This document shows, one piece after another, positions 47,388 through 57,554 of a stretch of DNA of 64,000 bases. The notes beneath the pieces are model-generated. The model searched no databases. It worked only from the letters and a program-made list of their open reading frames with translations, and was not told the origin of the DNA. Both the position numbers and the translations under genes were made by a program. Every line of letters begins with the position of its first letter. Positions within the stretch are counted from its first letter, which is position 1. The DNA is from Pseudomonadota bacterium. GTDB lineage: Bacteria; Pseudomonadota; Alphaproteobacteria; Rhizobiales; Xanthobacteraceae. The stretch is from positions 31,735-95,734 of the forward strand of contig JAFECJ010000001.1 of the NCBI GenBank assembly GCA_018242205.1, read 5' to 3'.

Positions 47388-47918
47388 TCATTTCTTGCCG
47401 ATGGCCGCGACGACGCGCGGCAGGATCGCATGCGCGACCTTGGTGTGCGAGGCCGCGGTGAAGTGGTGATGCGTGTCGCCGGCGATCCAGGCCGAAGTGC
47501 CTTCGGGCCCGACGATTTGCTTGTATGACACGAATATCGGCGTCGCGCCCTGCGCGCGAATGGCCTGAATGGTCTTCGACCGAAAAGCCTTCGGGTCGAT
47601 GCCACGGTCCTTGCTGTTGCCGCCGCCGGCGTCAAACAGAACGATTTTGGTTCCCGACGGGATCGATTGGGCCGCTTGATAAATCTGAGCCGCGTCGCCC
47701 AGTGTCACCGCCTTGATGGAAACCGACACGTCGTAGCCCTTGGCGCGCAATAACGCTTCCAGCTTGGCCGGCCATCCCTGCGACGCCGGGACCGCCTGCG
47801 GATAAGTGTTGCTGGCGCCGAGCGCGACAATGCGGATTGTTTCGGCGCGCGCCGCGCCGGCGACCACCGCAAGCGCCAGAACGGCAGCGCCGCACACGCG
47901 AACGAGATTAAACTTCAC
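47388..47918 (-). CDS. Periplasmic SGNH/GDSL-like hydrolase
   Basis: GTG start, signal peptide, IVALGASNT (block I), WPAKLEALL, and DTHHH near the C-terminus. Confidence 0.7.
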   Translation of the reverse strand: MKFNLVRVCGAAVLALAVVAGAARAETIRIVALGASNTYPQAVPASQGWPAKLEALLRAKGYDVSVSIKAVTLGDAAQIYQAAQSIPSGTKIVLFDAGGGNSKDRGIDPKAFRSKTIQAIRAQGATPIFVSYKQIVGPEGTSAWIAGDTHHHFTAASHTKVAHAILPRVVAAIGKK

Positions 47919-48050
47919 GGCCGCCCCCCTTTTCCCCAGACTGCGCCATTCTGACGCAGGCGGCAGGGCGGGCAAGCAGATTCACACGACTTTCTTGGAA
48001 AAAGCGCCATCCGCGGCGGCCGGCGCCGGCCGCGTCCGCGGACAAAGGCC

Positions 48051-49112
48051 TCAGTTGCCCTCGCGCCAGAGGCCGAGCGACTCCTGGGCCGGGCGGTCGG
48101 AGATCGAAAACAGCACGGCGTCGGCGTTGCCCGTAACCTCGTGGGTGAAACGCTTCCACGGCGGCACCACGAAGACGTCGTTGACGCCCCAGGCGAAAGG
48201 CTGGCCGTCGATCACCGTCACGCCCTCGCCTTCGGCGACGCAGAACACGGTGCCGTCGGTCGAGCGATAGGGCTCGCCCGAAAAGGCCTTGGGCAAGAGC
48301 GACAGATGCGCGCCCATGGTCGGCAGCACCGGGCCGCCATTGACCGGGTTGGCATAGCGCACGCGGGCGCCGAAACGCTTGTCGACATCCCCGGTCTTCT
48401 TCAGCCGCTCGAGGATCGGCTTCATCTTGCGGTACGGATAATTGATGACCGGCGAGCGCTTGCTGAACACCTCCGCGGTGCCGTCCGGCAGCACGCCGGT
48501 GGCGTAGCGCTCGAACGAGTCGCCATCCTCGTGATTGACGTTCTGCATCTTCTCGTCGAAGTGGTTGGCGAACGAGGTCTGGAAGTGATTGACGATGTGC
48601 ATGTCGAGCACGTCGAGCCACATCACCGGCTCCTTGCCGGGATTGCCATGGTCGTGCGGCGCCCAGTTGGCGGTGATGATGAAGTCGCCGTGCTCCATCG
48701 ACGACTTCTCGCCCTCGACCGCGGTATAGGCGCCCTCGCCCTTGAGCACGAAGCGGATGGCCGACGCGGTGTGCTGGTGCGCCTCGGCGATCTCGCCCGG
48801 CATGATGAGCTGGATGCCGGCGAACAGCGAATTGGTGACGCGCGACTTGCCCGGGTCGCCGGGATTTTCCAGCACCAGCACGCGGCGCTCGGCTTCCTCG
48901 GCGGTGATGACGTCCCCGGCCTCGAGCATGAACTTCTCGACGTCCGGGAATTTCCAGAGCGCCGGCAGCATTTGCGTCTTCGGCTCCGGCGTCACCAGGC
49001 CGCGAAGCACTTCCCACAGCGGCGCCAGATGATGCTTCGAGATTTTCTCGTAATAGGCCTGTCGCGACGCCTGGATGTTGTGCTTCGGATTGGCTTCGGT
49101 CGTCATCGACAT
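48051..49112 (-). CDS. gtdA: Gentisate 1,2-dioxygenase family bicupin
   Basis: LAPLWEVL, AERRVLVLENPG, GEIAEAHQHTASAIRF, WAPHDHGN, WLDVLD, YANPVNGG and FVVPPW. Confidence 0.85.
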   Translation of the reverse strand: MSMTTEANPKHNIQASRQAYYEKISKHHLAPLWEVLRGLVTPEPKTQMLPALWKFPDVEKFMLEAGDVITAEEAERRVLVLENPGDPGKSRVTNSLFAGIQLIMPGEIAEAHQHTASAIRFVLKGEGAYTAVEGEKSSMEHGDFIITANWAPHDHGNPGKEPVMWLDVLDMHIVNHFQTSFANHFDEKMQNVNHEDGDSFERYATGVLPDGTAEVFSKRSPVINYPYRKMKPILERLKKTGDVDKRFGARVRYANPVNGGPVLPTMGAHLSLLPKAFSGEPYRSTDGTVFCVAEGEGVTVIDGQPFAWGVNDVFVVPPWKRFTHEVTGNADAVLFSISDRPAQESLGLWREGN

Positions 49113-49243
49113 GAGCTCACTCCCTGACGGCGCCACGCGGCGCCGGATGTCCGATTTTGCGGCTTTATAACGCAATTGGAGCGGTCGCGGAACAACCCAG
49201 AGGCATGGGCGGCCATGCGCCGGAACGATAGTTCCCGAACCGT

Positions 49244-50002
49244 TCAGTTGTTGACCGAGCCGCCGTCCACCACCAACGATTGCCCGGTGACGAAATTGCT
49301 GTCGTCGGAGGCGAGGAAGATCAGCGCGCCGATGAGGTCCTCGGGATAGGCGTCGCGCTTGAAGGCCCGGGTGTTGCGGACCTTGACCTGCTCTTCCTCG
49401 ATGTGGGCGGTGTTGGAGAGCCCGGTATCGGACAGGATCAGCCCCGGCGACAAAGTGTTGACGCAGATATTGTGTTCGCCGAGCTCGCGCGACAGCGCCC
49501 GGGTAAAAGCGATGATGGCGCCTTTCGACGTGACGTAAGGCAGCATGCGCGGCAAGCCCTTGTACGGCGTGCCGGAAGCGATGTTGATGATCTTGCCGCG
49601 CTTCCGCGCGATCATGTGCGGCGCGACGTGGCGCACCGGCAGGTAACTGCCCTTGATGTTGACCGCCATGACCTTGTCCCACAGCTCGGCGTCCCATTCA
49701 TCGAAGGCACGCGGGCTCAATGTCGAATAGATGGCGGCATTGTTGACCAGGATATCGATCCGGCCGAAGGCCTTGACCGTTTCGGCCACCATCGCCTTGA
49801 CCGAAGCCTCATCCGCCACGTCGCAGAGCGTGGCGGCGGCGGCACCGCCATCCTTGGCGATCGCGGCGACGACGTCCTTGCCGTCGGCGATGTCGGCGAC
49901 CATCACTTGCGCACCGTGCCTTGCCAGCGCCAGCGAATAATGCCGGCCGATACCCTTGGCGCCGCCGGTGACGATGGCGACCTTACCCTGAAGCCGTGAC
50001 AA
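49244..50002 (-). CDS. Short-chain dehydrogenase/reductase
   Basis: TTG start after SD GGAGG; VTGGAKGIG, LVNNAA and YVTSKGA (YxxxK). Confidence 0.92.
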   Translation of the reverse strand: MSRLQGKVAIVTGGAKGIGRHYSLALARHGAQVMVADIADGKDVVAAIAKDGGAAAATLCDVADEASVKAMVAETVKAFGRIDILVNNAAIYSTLSPRAFDEWDAELWDKVMAVNIKGSYLPVRHVAPHMIARKRGKIINIASGTPYKGLPRMLPYVTSKGAIIAFTRALSRELGEHNICVNTLSPGLILSDTGLSNTAHIEEEQVKVRNTRAFKRDAYPEDLIGALIFLASDDSNFVTGQSLVVDGGSVNN

Positions 50003-50062
50003 CGCCCGTTCCTCCCGTGATCGTTGGGGCGCAGTGTTTTTCGCCGAACGTCGGAAAGTCAA

Positions 50063-50926
<864 letters not shown>

Positions 50927-50939
50927 CGCGCCCTGCCCG

Positions 50940-51998
50940 CTATGCCGTTGTCTCGAGAATGCCCAGACGTTCGCCGCGATAGACGTTGTCGCGCAGCGGC
51001 CGCCACCACGCTTCGTTCGCCAGATACCAGGCGACCGTGTTCTTCAGGCCCGTTTCGAAGCTTTCCCGCGGACGCCACCCGGTTTCGCGTTCGACCCGCG
51101 CCGAATCGATGGCGCAGCGGCGATCATGGCCGGGGCGGTCGGCGACAAAGCGGATCAGTTGCGCATGCGGCTGCGCGGCCGGACGCAGACCGTCGAGAAT
51201 GGCGCAGACGCCGGCGACGACGTCGATATTGCGCCGCTCGGCGCGTGCGCCGATGTTGTAGCGCTGGCCGACGCGACCGCGGTCGCCGACGAGATGCAAG
51301 GCCCTGGCGTGGTCCTCGACATGGAGCCAGTCGCGGATCTGCGCGCCGTCGCCATAGACCGCGAGTGGCCGGCGATCGAGCGCATTGAGGATGGTCAGCG
51401 GAATGAGCTTTTCCGGAAACTGCCGCGGCCCGTAATTGTTCGAAGAGTTGGTGATGATCGCCGGCAGACCGTAGGTGCGCTGCCACGCCGTCACCAGATG
51501 ATCGGACGCCGCCTTCGACGCCGAGTATGGCGAGGACGGATCGAAGCGCGTCTCCTCGGTGGACAGTCCTTGCGGACCGCGCGAGCCGTAGACTTCGTCG
51601 GTCGAGACATGCAGGAAACGGAACGCCGCCTGCTCGCCCTTCGGCAGCGCCGACCAGTAACTGCGCGCCGCCTCCAGAAGCGTGAAGGTGCCGGCGATGT
51701 TGGTGTCGATGAAGGCTCCGGCGCTGCCGATGGAGCGATCGACGTGCGTCTCCGCCGCCAGGTGATAGATGCGCTCCGGCCGGAACGATGCGATCGCCGC
51801 CGCCACGGCGGCGCCATCGCCGATATCGGCGCGCGCAAAGCGATAATTGGCACGGCCGGCGACAGCGGCAAGGCTCGCCGGATTGCCGGCGTAAGTGAGC
51901 TTGTCGATGTTGAGCACCTCGGCGCCGGCCTCGCGCACCAGATGGTGCACCACGGCCGATCCGATGAACCCCGCCCCGCCGGTCACCAGGATGCGCAT
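50940..51998 (-). CDS. rfbB: dTDP-glucose 4,6-dehydratase RmlB/RfbB
   Basis: [42 protein letters not shown] and QFPEKLIP. Confidence 0.93.
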   Translation of the reverse strand: MRILVTGGAGFIGSAVVHHLVREAGAEVLNIDKLTYAGNPASLAAVAGRANYRFARADIGDGAAVAAAIASFRPERIYHLAAETHVDRSIGSAGAFIDTNIAGTFTLLEAARSYWSALPKGEQAAFRFLHVSTDEVYGSRGPQGLSTEETRFDPSSPYSASKAASDHLVTAWQRTYGLPAIITNSSNNYGPRQFPEKLIPLTILNALDRRPLAVYGDGAQIRDWLHVEDHARALHLVGDRGRVGQRYNIGARAERRNIDVVAGVCAILDGLRPAAQPHAQLIRFVADRPGHDRRCAIDSARVERETGWRPRESFETGLKNTVAWYLANEAWWRPLRDNVYRGERLGILETTA

Positions 51999-52179
51999 CG
52001 CCCGTCAGCCCGAAAGCGGCGCGGCCGGCCTCCTGCCCAAAGGGCGGCAAGCGGCCATCGCGCAACGCTAGAACTTCCTGACTGTATATATTTCCGGTTT
52101 AGTGACCAGCCGCAAGCTCTAATCGCGGCGACGCGGCCGCACGCCGTGCGCCGGCCCTTCCCGCCGGTCCACTCCAGAT

Positions 52180-52746
52180 TCAGGCTTTGACGCGCTGGAT
52201 GAAGGCCGCAAAGGCGGCAAGCTGCGTCTTAAGGATGTCCTTGGTCGGCTGGTCGGTCAGTTCGAGCGTATCCTTGTCGAACTTGGTCGGCGCAAAACTG
52301 ACGAAGATCTCCGGCGTGCCGAACATGAAGGCATTCAAGTAGGTGAATGACTGACGCAGGTGATACTGCATGCGCGAGCCACCCAGCGGCCCACCGCTCG
52401 CCGACTGCAGCGCCACCGGCTTGTCCTTGAACGGCTGATCCTTCATCCGCGACACCCAGTCGAAGGCGTTCTTCAGCGCACCCGGAATCGTCCAATTGTA
52501 TTCAGGCGTCACGATGATGACGCCATCGGCGGCGCGGACGGCGTCGGCAAAGGCAACGACAGGCGCCGGAAACCCCGACGCATCCTGGAGATCCTGGTTG
52601 TAGAACGGAAATCCATCGAAAGGCGGCGCCTCGCTCAAGGTCATGCCTTGCGGCGCCAAGGGCGGCAGCGCGCGCACCAGCGCGTGATTGAACGACTTCT
52701 TGCGCAGCGATCCGCAGATCGTCAGAACCTTAAGCTCTTCAGCCAT
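52180..52746 (-). CDS. NADPH-dependent FMN reductase (ChrR/YieF-like)
   Basis: GSLRKKSFN, VTPEYNWTIPGALKNAFDW and GGSRMQYHLR. Confidence 0.92.
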   Translation of the reverse strand: MAEELKVLTICGSLRKKSFNHALVRALPPLAPQGMTLSEAPPFDGFPFYNQDLQDASGFPAPVVAFADAVRAADGVIIVTPEYNWTIPGALKNAFDWVSRMKDQPFKDKPVALQSASGGPLGGSRMQYHLRQSFTYLNAFMFGTPEIFVSFAPTKFDKDTLELTDQPTKDILKTQLAAFAAFIQRVKA

Positions 52747-52873
52747 ATCGCCCTCTCGTCCTCTCTCGCCCTGGTCCGGCACAACCGCGTCATGCAAAGA
52801 GCGCGCCCCATGACGGTCACGGGACGCGCAATTTGCCGAACTCAGGAAGCTAACGCCACAAGCGGCGCTTCGT

Positions 52874-53746
52874 TCACTTCTCGTCGGCGATGGTGTTCTT
52901 GAGAACACCGATGCCGCCGATCTCGACCTCGATCGTGTCGCCCGCCTTCATCCACACCGGCTCAGGCTTGCGGGCATGGCCGACGCCGGACGGCGTGCCG
53001 GTGAACAGCACATCGCCCGGCTCGAGCGTCATGCCTTCGGTGAGGTAGACCAGCGATTCCGCGACCGGAAACATGAAGTGGTCGGTGTTCGACGACTGCA
53101 TGGTGTTGCCGTTGAGGCGGCTCTCGATCTTGAGGCCCTTGCCGCCGCGCGGCAGTTCGTCCGCTGTCACCATCCAGGGGCCGTAGCTGCCGGTCTGATC
53201 GAAGTTCTTGCCCATGCCCCACTGCGTGGTGTGGCGCTGATATTCGCGGATCGAGCCTTCCATGCCGCAGGTGTAGCCGGCGACGCAATCGGCCGCGTTC
53301 TCCAGCGTGAGATGCCTGGCGCGCTTGCCGATGATGACGACCAGTTCGGCCTCGTAGTCGAACTGGATCGATTTCTTCGGCCGGATCAGCGGCGTGCCGG
53401 GCGCCGTGAACGAACTCATGACGCGGAAGAAGATCGACTGGAATTTCGGGATGTTGTCCTTCTGCGGGCCTTCCTTGACGTGGTCGAGGTAGTTAAGGCC
53501 GAGGCAGATGACCTTGCCGGGGTTCTGCACTGGCAGCGCGAACTTGACGCCGGCCAGCGGACGGCGCGCCGAAGCCGGCGCCTTCTTCACGATGTCGGCC
53601 AGCAGCTTTGTGTCGCCGCCGGCGCGCAGAAAGGCGCCAAGCTCGGGGGCGATCTTGCTGTCGGCTGCGTGCACGTCGACGACGGTGTCGCCGTCGATAA
53701 CGCCCAGACGGACGCCGTTGTCGGTTTCGAAATTGACGATCTTCAT
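52874..53746 (-). CDS. Fumarylacetoacetate hydrolase family protein
   Basis: ICLGLNY, FDYEAEL, GKNFD, GPWMVT and LEPGDVLFTGTPSGVG. Confidence 0.92.
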   Translation of the reverse strand: MKIVNFETDNGVRLGVIDGDTVVDVHAADSKIAPELGAFLRAGGDTKLLADIVKKAPASARRPLAGVKFALPVQNPGKVICLGLNYLDHVKEGPQKDNIPKFQSIFFRVMSSFTAPGTPLIRPKKSIQFDYEAELVVIIGKRARHLTLENAADCVAGYTCGMEGSIREYQRHTTQWGMGKNFDQTGSYGPWMVTADELPRGGKGLKIESRLNGNTMQSSNTDHFMFPVAESLVYLTEGMTLEPGDVLFTGTPSGVGHARKPEPVWMKAGDTIEVEIGGIGVLKNTIADEK

Positions 53747-53843
53747 TGTGCCTCACCAGAACTGTTCGAATGCCGCTTGCCGCGCGCGTGCGGACGCGCA
53801 GCGAGGCTTAGCGCACTGGGAGGCATCCCTTCAACTGCCTGAA

Positions 53844-53878
53844 AGGCCCACGTTTTTCGGATAGCGGAACGGTGGGCC
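53844..53878. terminator. Long hairpin downstream of egtD
   Basis: ggcccac...gtgggcc stem extended by cgttttt/cggaacg with G-U pairs; coordinates approximate; no clear U-tract. Confidence 0.4.
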
Positions 53879-53896
53879 GGGGCGCGGCCTCGGGGC

Positions 53897-54883
53897 TCAG
53901 CGCTTGGCCGGCTCCGACAACAAAAAGGCCTGGATTGAGAAGCGGCAGTCGGTGTCCATCCAGACGCCAGCCGGCTCCCAGCCCACCCCGCGCGCCAGCG
54001 CCGCTAACGATTCCGGCGTGTATTTGTAGCTGCTCTCGGTGTGGATGGTTTCGCCGGCGCGGAATTCGAAGCAGCCACCGGCGGCCTTGACCTTCTGCCG
54101 CTTCAGACTCGCCAGGTGCATTTCCACGCGCTGGCGCTCGCGATTGTAGAAGGCGTGATGCTCGAAGCTGTTCAGATCGAAGGTGCCGCGCAGTTCGCGA
54201 TTGATGCGCACGAGCAGATTGAGATTGAACTTCTCGGTGAAGCCGGCGGCGTCGTTATACGCTTCGTTGAGAATCTCGGCATCCTTTACGAGATCGGCGC
54301 CGATGATCATCTTGGCGCCCGGTCCGAGAGTCTTGGCGGCGTTGCGCAGAAAGGCCGCGGCCTCGTGCGGCTCGAAATTGCCGATGGTCGAACCGGGGAA
54401 GAAACCGATGCGCGCCGGCGCGTCTTTGGCTTCCTGCGGCAGCTCGAAGGCTTGCGTGAAATCGGCGGCGATCGGCAGCACCTTGAGCGACGGGAAATCC
54501 GGCCGCAACTCGGCCGCTTCCTGCTCCAGCATTTCGCCGCTGATATCGACCGGCACATACGCCGCCAGCGCCGGCGCGGCGGCGAGCAGCAGACGCGCCT
54601 TCTTGTTCGAGCCCGAGCCGAATTCGATCAGCGCTGCGCCCGGCGGAATGAGCTGTGCGATCTCGGTGCCGCGCTGACGCAGAATCTCCATTTCGCAGCG
54701 CGTCGGATAATACTCCGGCTGCTCGGTGATGCGCTCGAACAGTTCGGAGCCCGCGGCATCGTAGAAATACTTCGGCGGCAGCCGCTTGCGCTGCTGGCTC
54801 AGGCCCTTGAGAACATCGGCCTCGAACGCCGATTGTTCGTCGTCAGCCGGCGTAAAAGAATGAGAACGTGCCAAAGCAACCAT
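53897..54883 (-). CDS. egtD: L-histidine N-alpha-trimethyltransferase EgtD
   Basis: PKYFYD, QPEYYPTRCE, EFGSGS, FFPGSTIGNF and GETIHTESSYKY. Confidence 0.95.
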   Translation of the reverse strand: MVALARSHSFTPADDEQSAFEADVLKGLSQQRKRLPPKYFYDAAGSELFERITEQPEYYPTRCEMEILRQRGTEIAQLIPPGAALIEFGSGSNKKARLLLAAAPALAAYVPVDISGEMLEQEAAELRPDFPSLKVLPIAADFTQAFELPQEAKDAPARIGFFPGSTIGNFEPHEAAAFLRNAAKTLGPGAKMIIGADLVKDAEILNEAYNDAAGFTEKFNLNLLVRINRELRGTFDLNSFEHHAFYNRERQRVEMHLASLKRQKVKAAGGCFEFRAGETIHTESSYKYTPESLAALARGVGWEPAGVWMDTDCRFSIQAFLLSEPAKR

Positions 54884-54935
54884 ATGGCCCTCTTATTCCA
54901 AATGCTGGAAATTCATTCCGTTGCCGATATTCCGT

Positions 54936-56189
54936 TCAGGGAAATTCGGCCAATCGCAAGCCGCTGAACTGCCAGCGCGCCGCTGGATAGAAGAAATTAC
55001 GGTAGCTCAAGCGCTCATGTCCTTGCGGCGTTGCCAGCGAGGAGCCGCGCAACACCATTTGTCCGCTCATGAACTTGCCGTTGTACTCTCCCAGCGCGCC
55101 TTCGATGGCGCGGTAGCCGGGATAAGACAAATAGGCGCTCCGCGTCCATTGCCAAGCCACGCCGAAGGGATCGGCCAGCCCGCCGGCCCGGGCCGAAACC
55201 TCCCATTCCTGCTCGCTGGGCAGGTGTTTACCGGCAAAGCGGGCAAAAGCGTCGGCCTCGTAATAGCTGACATGCAAAACTGGAGCAGCCGGGTCCACAG
55301 GCTTCAGGCCGGCCAAGGTCATCGCGTGCCAGGTTCCATCCACCTGGCGCCAGTATCCTGGTGCCGACCAGTCCTCGGCCTGCACCGCCGCCCAGCCATC
55401 CGACAGCCACAGCGACGGCGTGCGGTAGCCGCCGGCCGCGATGAAATCGAGCCACTGCGCGTTGGTCACCAGATGCCGCGCCATGCGCATCGTCGGGATC
55501 AGCGTGTCGTGGCGCGGTAACTCGTTGTCGAAGCAGAAGCTTTGGCCTTCATGACCGATGGGCTGGATTCCGGCCGGCACCTCGGCGAAATCGTCCACCG
55601 CCCGCGGCCCGCTCGCCACGCCCGACATTCGCCAGTTCGGATTGTACGCCGGATCGGTCGGATTCTGCGCGAAGGCGTGCAGGATATCGGTGAGCAGCAG
55701 TTCCTGGTGCTGTTGCTCGTGATTGAGGCCGATCTCGAGTATTTCGAACACGCGCGGCGCGTCCGCGGCCGGCACGTTTGCGATCAGCCTCTCCACCGCG
55801 GCATCGACATGCGCGCGATAGCGCGTCACCTCTTCGCCGCTCGGCCGGGTGATCAATCCGCGTTGCGGCCGCGCGTGACGCGGACCGGCGGCGACGTAGT
55901 AGGAGTTGAAGAGAAAAGGAAAGCGTTCGTCGAAGATCTTGTACGCGGCATCGAATTCACGGACGAGAAACGTTTCGAAGAACCACGTCACGTGCGCGCG
56001 ATGCCATTTGGTCGGCGAAGCATCCGCCATAGACTGCACAATCTGGTCTTCGGCCGACAGATACGAGGCGCGTTGCTCGGTCTCGGCGCGCACGCGGCGG
56101 AAGGCAGCGAGCCAATGATCGCGCTGCTGGTCGACCGTGGGCTTCTGGTGCAACGCGCCGGGCATCGACGACTTTGCGGGTTGGGCCAT
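54936..56189 (-). CDS. egtB: Ergothioneine biosynthesis sulfoxide synthase EgtB
   Basis: SMADASPTKWHRAHVTWFFE, HEQQHQELLLTD (Fe ligands), FGE-sulfatase domain and YRNFFYP..RWQF; SD GGAG before ATG 56189. Confidence 0.95.
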   Translation of the reverse strand: MAQPAKSSMPGALHQKPTVDQQRDHWLAAFRRVRAETEQRASYLSAEDQIVQSMADASPTKWHRAHVTWFFETFLVREFDAAYKIFDERFPFLFNSYYVAAGPRHARPQRGLITRPSGEEVTRYRAHVDAAVERLIANVPAADAPRVFEILEIGLNHEQQHQELLLTDILHAFAQNPTDPAYNPNWRMSGVASGPRAVDDFAEVPAGIQPIGHEGQSFCFDNELPRHDTLIPTMRMARHLVTNAQWLDFIAAGGYRTPSLWLSDGWAAVQAEDWSAPGYWRQVDGTWHAMTLAGLKPVDPAAPVLHVSYYEADAFARFAGKHLPSEQEWEVSARAGGLADPFGVAWQWTRSAYLSYPGYRAIEGALGEYNGKFMSGQMVLRGSSLATPQGHERLSYRNFFYPAARWQFSGLRLAEFP

Positions 56190-56219
56190 GAACGGGCCTC
56201 CGTATCGATAGCGAAAACA

Positions 56220-56344
56220 ACACGCCCCGGCGGGGAAGCAGGATTTAAACGAATACGACTGACGACGGGAATAGTTCCACTTCCGGAATTCACACACAAC
56301 CTCGATCGGGTTCACTTTTTGTCGAGCCCCGCCAGGATGCGCGT
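56220..56344 (-). ncRNA. Candidate structured 5' leader (riboswitch-like) of egtBD
   Basis: Minus-strand long-range stem acgcgc+cctggcgggg / ccccgccggg+gcgtgt (16 bp, 2-nt bulge, G-U pairs that work only on the minus strand), inner stem ctcga/tcgag, U-rich tract after the 3' arm. Confidence 0.45.
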
Positions 56345-56397
56345 CATGCACGGTCCGGTGCCGAATTTATACGCCCGCGCAAGGCGATAGCCCTCGA

Positions 56398-56426
56398 TTG
56401 AAACCTTGCGGACACGTCTCTATAAG
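56398..56426 (+). promoter_or_regulatory. Sigma70-type promoter of mtnA
   Basis: TTGAAA-N17-TATAAG ending 18 nt before the mtnA ATG. Confidence 0.65.
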
Positions 56427-56443
56427 AGCGCATCGGGGGTTAC

Positions 56444-57544
56444 ATGCGGGTCAATGGCAAATCCTATCGCACGATTTGGCTTGGTGATGACGGCCGTTCG
56501 GTCGACATCATCGACCAGACCAAATTGCCGCATCGATTCGTCATCGTCACATTGCGGACGCTGAACGACGCAGCCCATGCCATAAAATCCATGCAAGTGC
56601 GCGGCGCGCCGCTGATCGGCGCCGCGACCGCCTATGGCATGTGCCTGGCCGTGGCGGCAGATGCCTCCGACGAGGGCCTCGACCGCGCTTATGACGTTCT
56701 GCTGGCGACCCGGCCGACCGCGGTCAATCTGCGTTGGGCACTTGACGAGATGCGCGGCACCTTGCGCAACCTGCCGCGCGAGGCACGGCTGGCCGCCGCC
56801 TATCAGCGTGCCGCTGAAATCGCCGACGAAGATGTCGCCGCCAATGCCGCGCTCGGCGAGCACGGCGCCAGGATCCTTCGCGACATCGCCGCGGCGAAAA
56901 AGAGCGAGCGTCTCAACGTGCTCACGCATTGCAACGCCGGTTGGCTCGCGGCGGTGGACTGGGGCACGGCGCTGGCGCCGATCTACAAGGCGCACGAGGC
57001 CGGCCTGCCCATTCATGTCTGGGTCGACGAGACACGGCCGCGCAATCAGGGCATGAGCCTGACCGCCTGGGAGCTTGGCCAGCACGGCGTGCCGCACACC
57101 GTGATCGCCGACAATGCCGGCGGCCATCTAATGCAGCACGGCATGGTCGACGTCGTCATCGTCGGCACCGATCGCACTACCGCACAGGGCGATGTCTGCA
57201 ACAAGATCGGCACTTATCTCAAGGCCCTGGCCGCCAAGGACAACAGCGTGCCGTTCTACGTAGCGCTACCCTCGCCGACCATCGACTGGACGCTCAAGGA
57301 TGGCGTCAAGGAGATCCCGATCGAGGAACGCAGCGGCGAAGAACTGTCGCACATGAGCGGCCGCCTGCCGGACGGCTCGGTGGTCGAAATCGAAATCGCG
57401 CCAGAGGGCAGCCCGATGGCGAACTACGCCTTCGACGTAACGCCGGCGCACCTCGTCAGCGGATTGATCACCGAGCGCGGCGCCTGCGCCGCCTCGGCTC
57501 AAGGCCTGCGCGGCCTGTTTCCCGAGCGCGCGCCGAAGCAATAA
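56444..57544 (+). CDS. mtnA: S-methyl-5-thioribose-1-phosphate isomerase
   Basis: [46 protein letters not shown] and FDVTP. Confidence 0.95.
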   Translation: MRVNGKSYRTIWLGDDGRSVDIIDQTKLPHRFVIVTLRTLNDAAHAIKSMQVRGAPLIGAATAYGMCLAVAADASDEGLDRAYDVLLATRPTAVNLRWALDEMRGTLRNLPREARLAAAYQRAAEIADEDVAANAALGEHGARILRDIAAAKKSERLNVLTHCNAGWLAAVDWGTALAPIYKAHEAGLPIHVWVDETRPRNQGMSLTAWELGQHGVPHTVIADNAGGHLMQHGMVDVVIVGTDRTTAQGDVCNKIGTYLKALAAKDNSVPFYVALPSPTIDWTLKDGVKEIPIEERSGEELSHMSGRLPDGSVVEIEIAPEGSPMANYAFDVTPAHLVSGLITERGACAASAQGLRGLFPERAPKQ

Positions 57545-57554
57545 GAGGTCATCA

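Noticed and set aside
44507-47635. 1042-aa antisense ORF spanning both TRAP genes
   Set aside because: The two TRAP genes are in the same frame, so the shadow frame simply runs across the 24-nt gap
49231-49245. GTTC-N7-GTTC (alphaproteobacterial LexA box) upstream of gtdA
   Set aside because: An 8-bp motif is expected about once by chance in 64 kb; it overlaps the SDR stop codon and the target is implausible
52083-52098. ctgtatatatttccgg resembling an E. coli LexA box upstream of rfbB
   Set aside because: Only the left half matches, and Alphaproteobacteria use a different LexA motif
54936-56189. EgtB as SenA (selenoneine synthase)
   Set aside because: No senB glycosyltransferase or selD/senC nearby; the partner is egtD, as in ordinary ergothioneine operons
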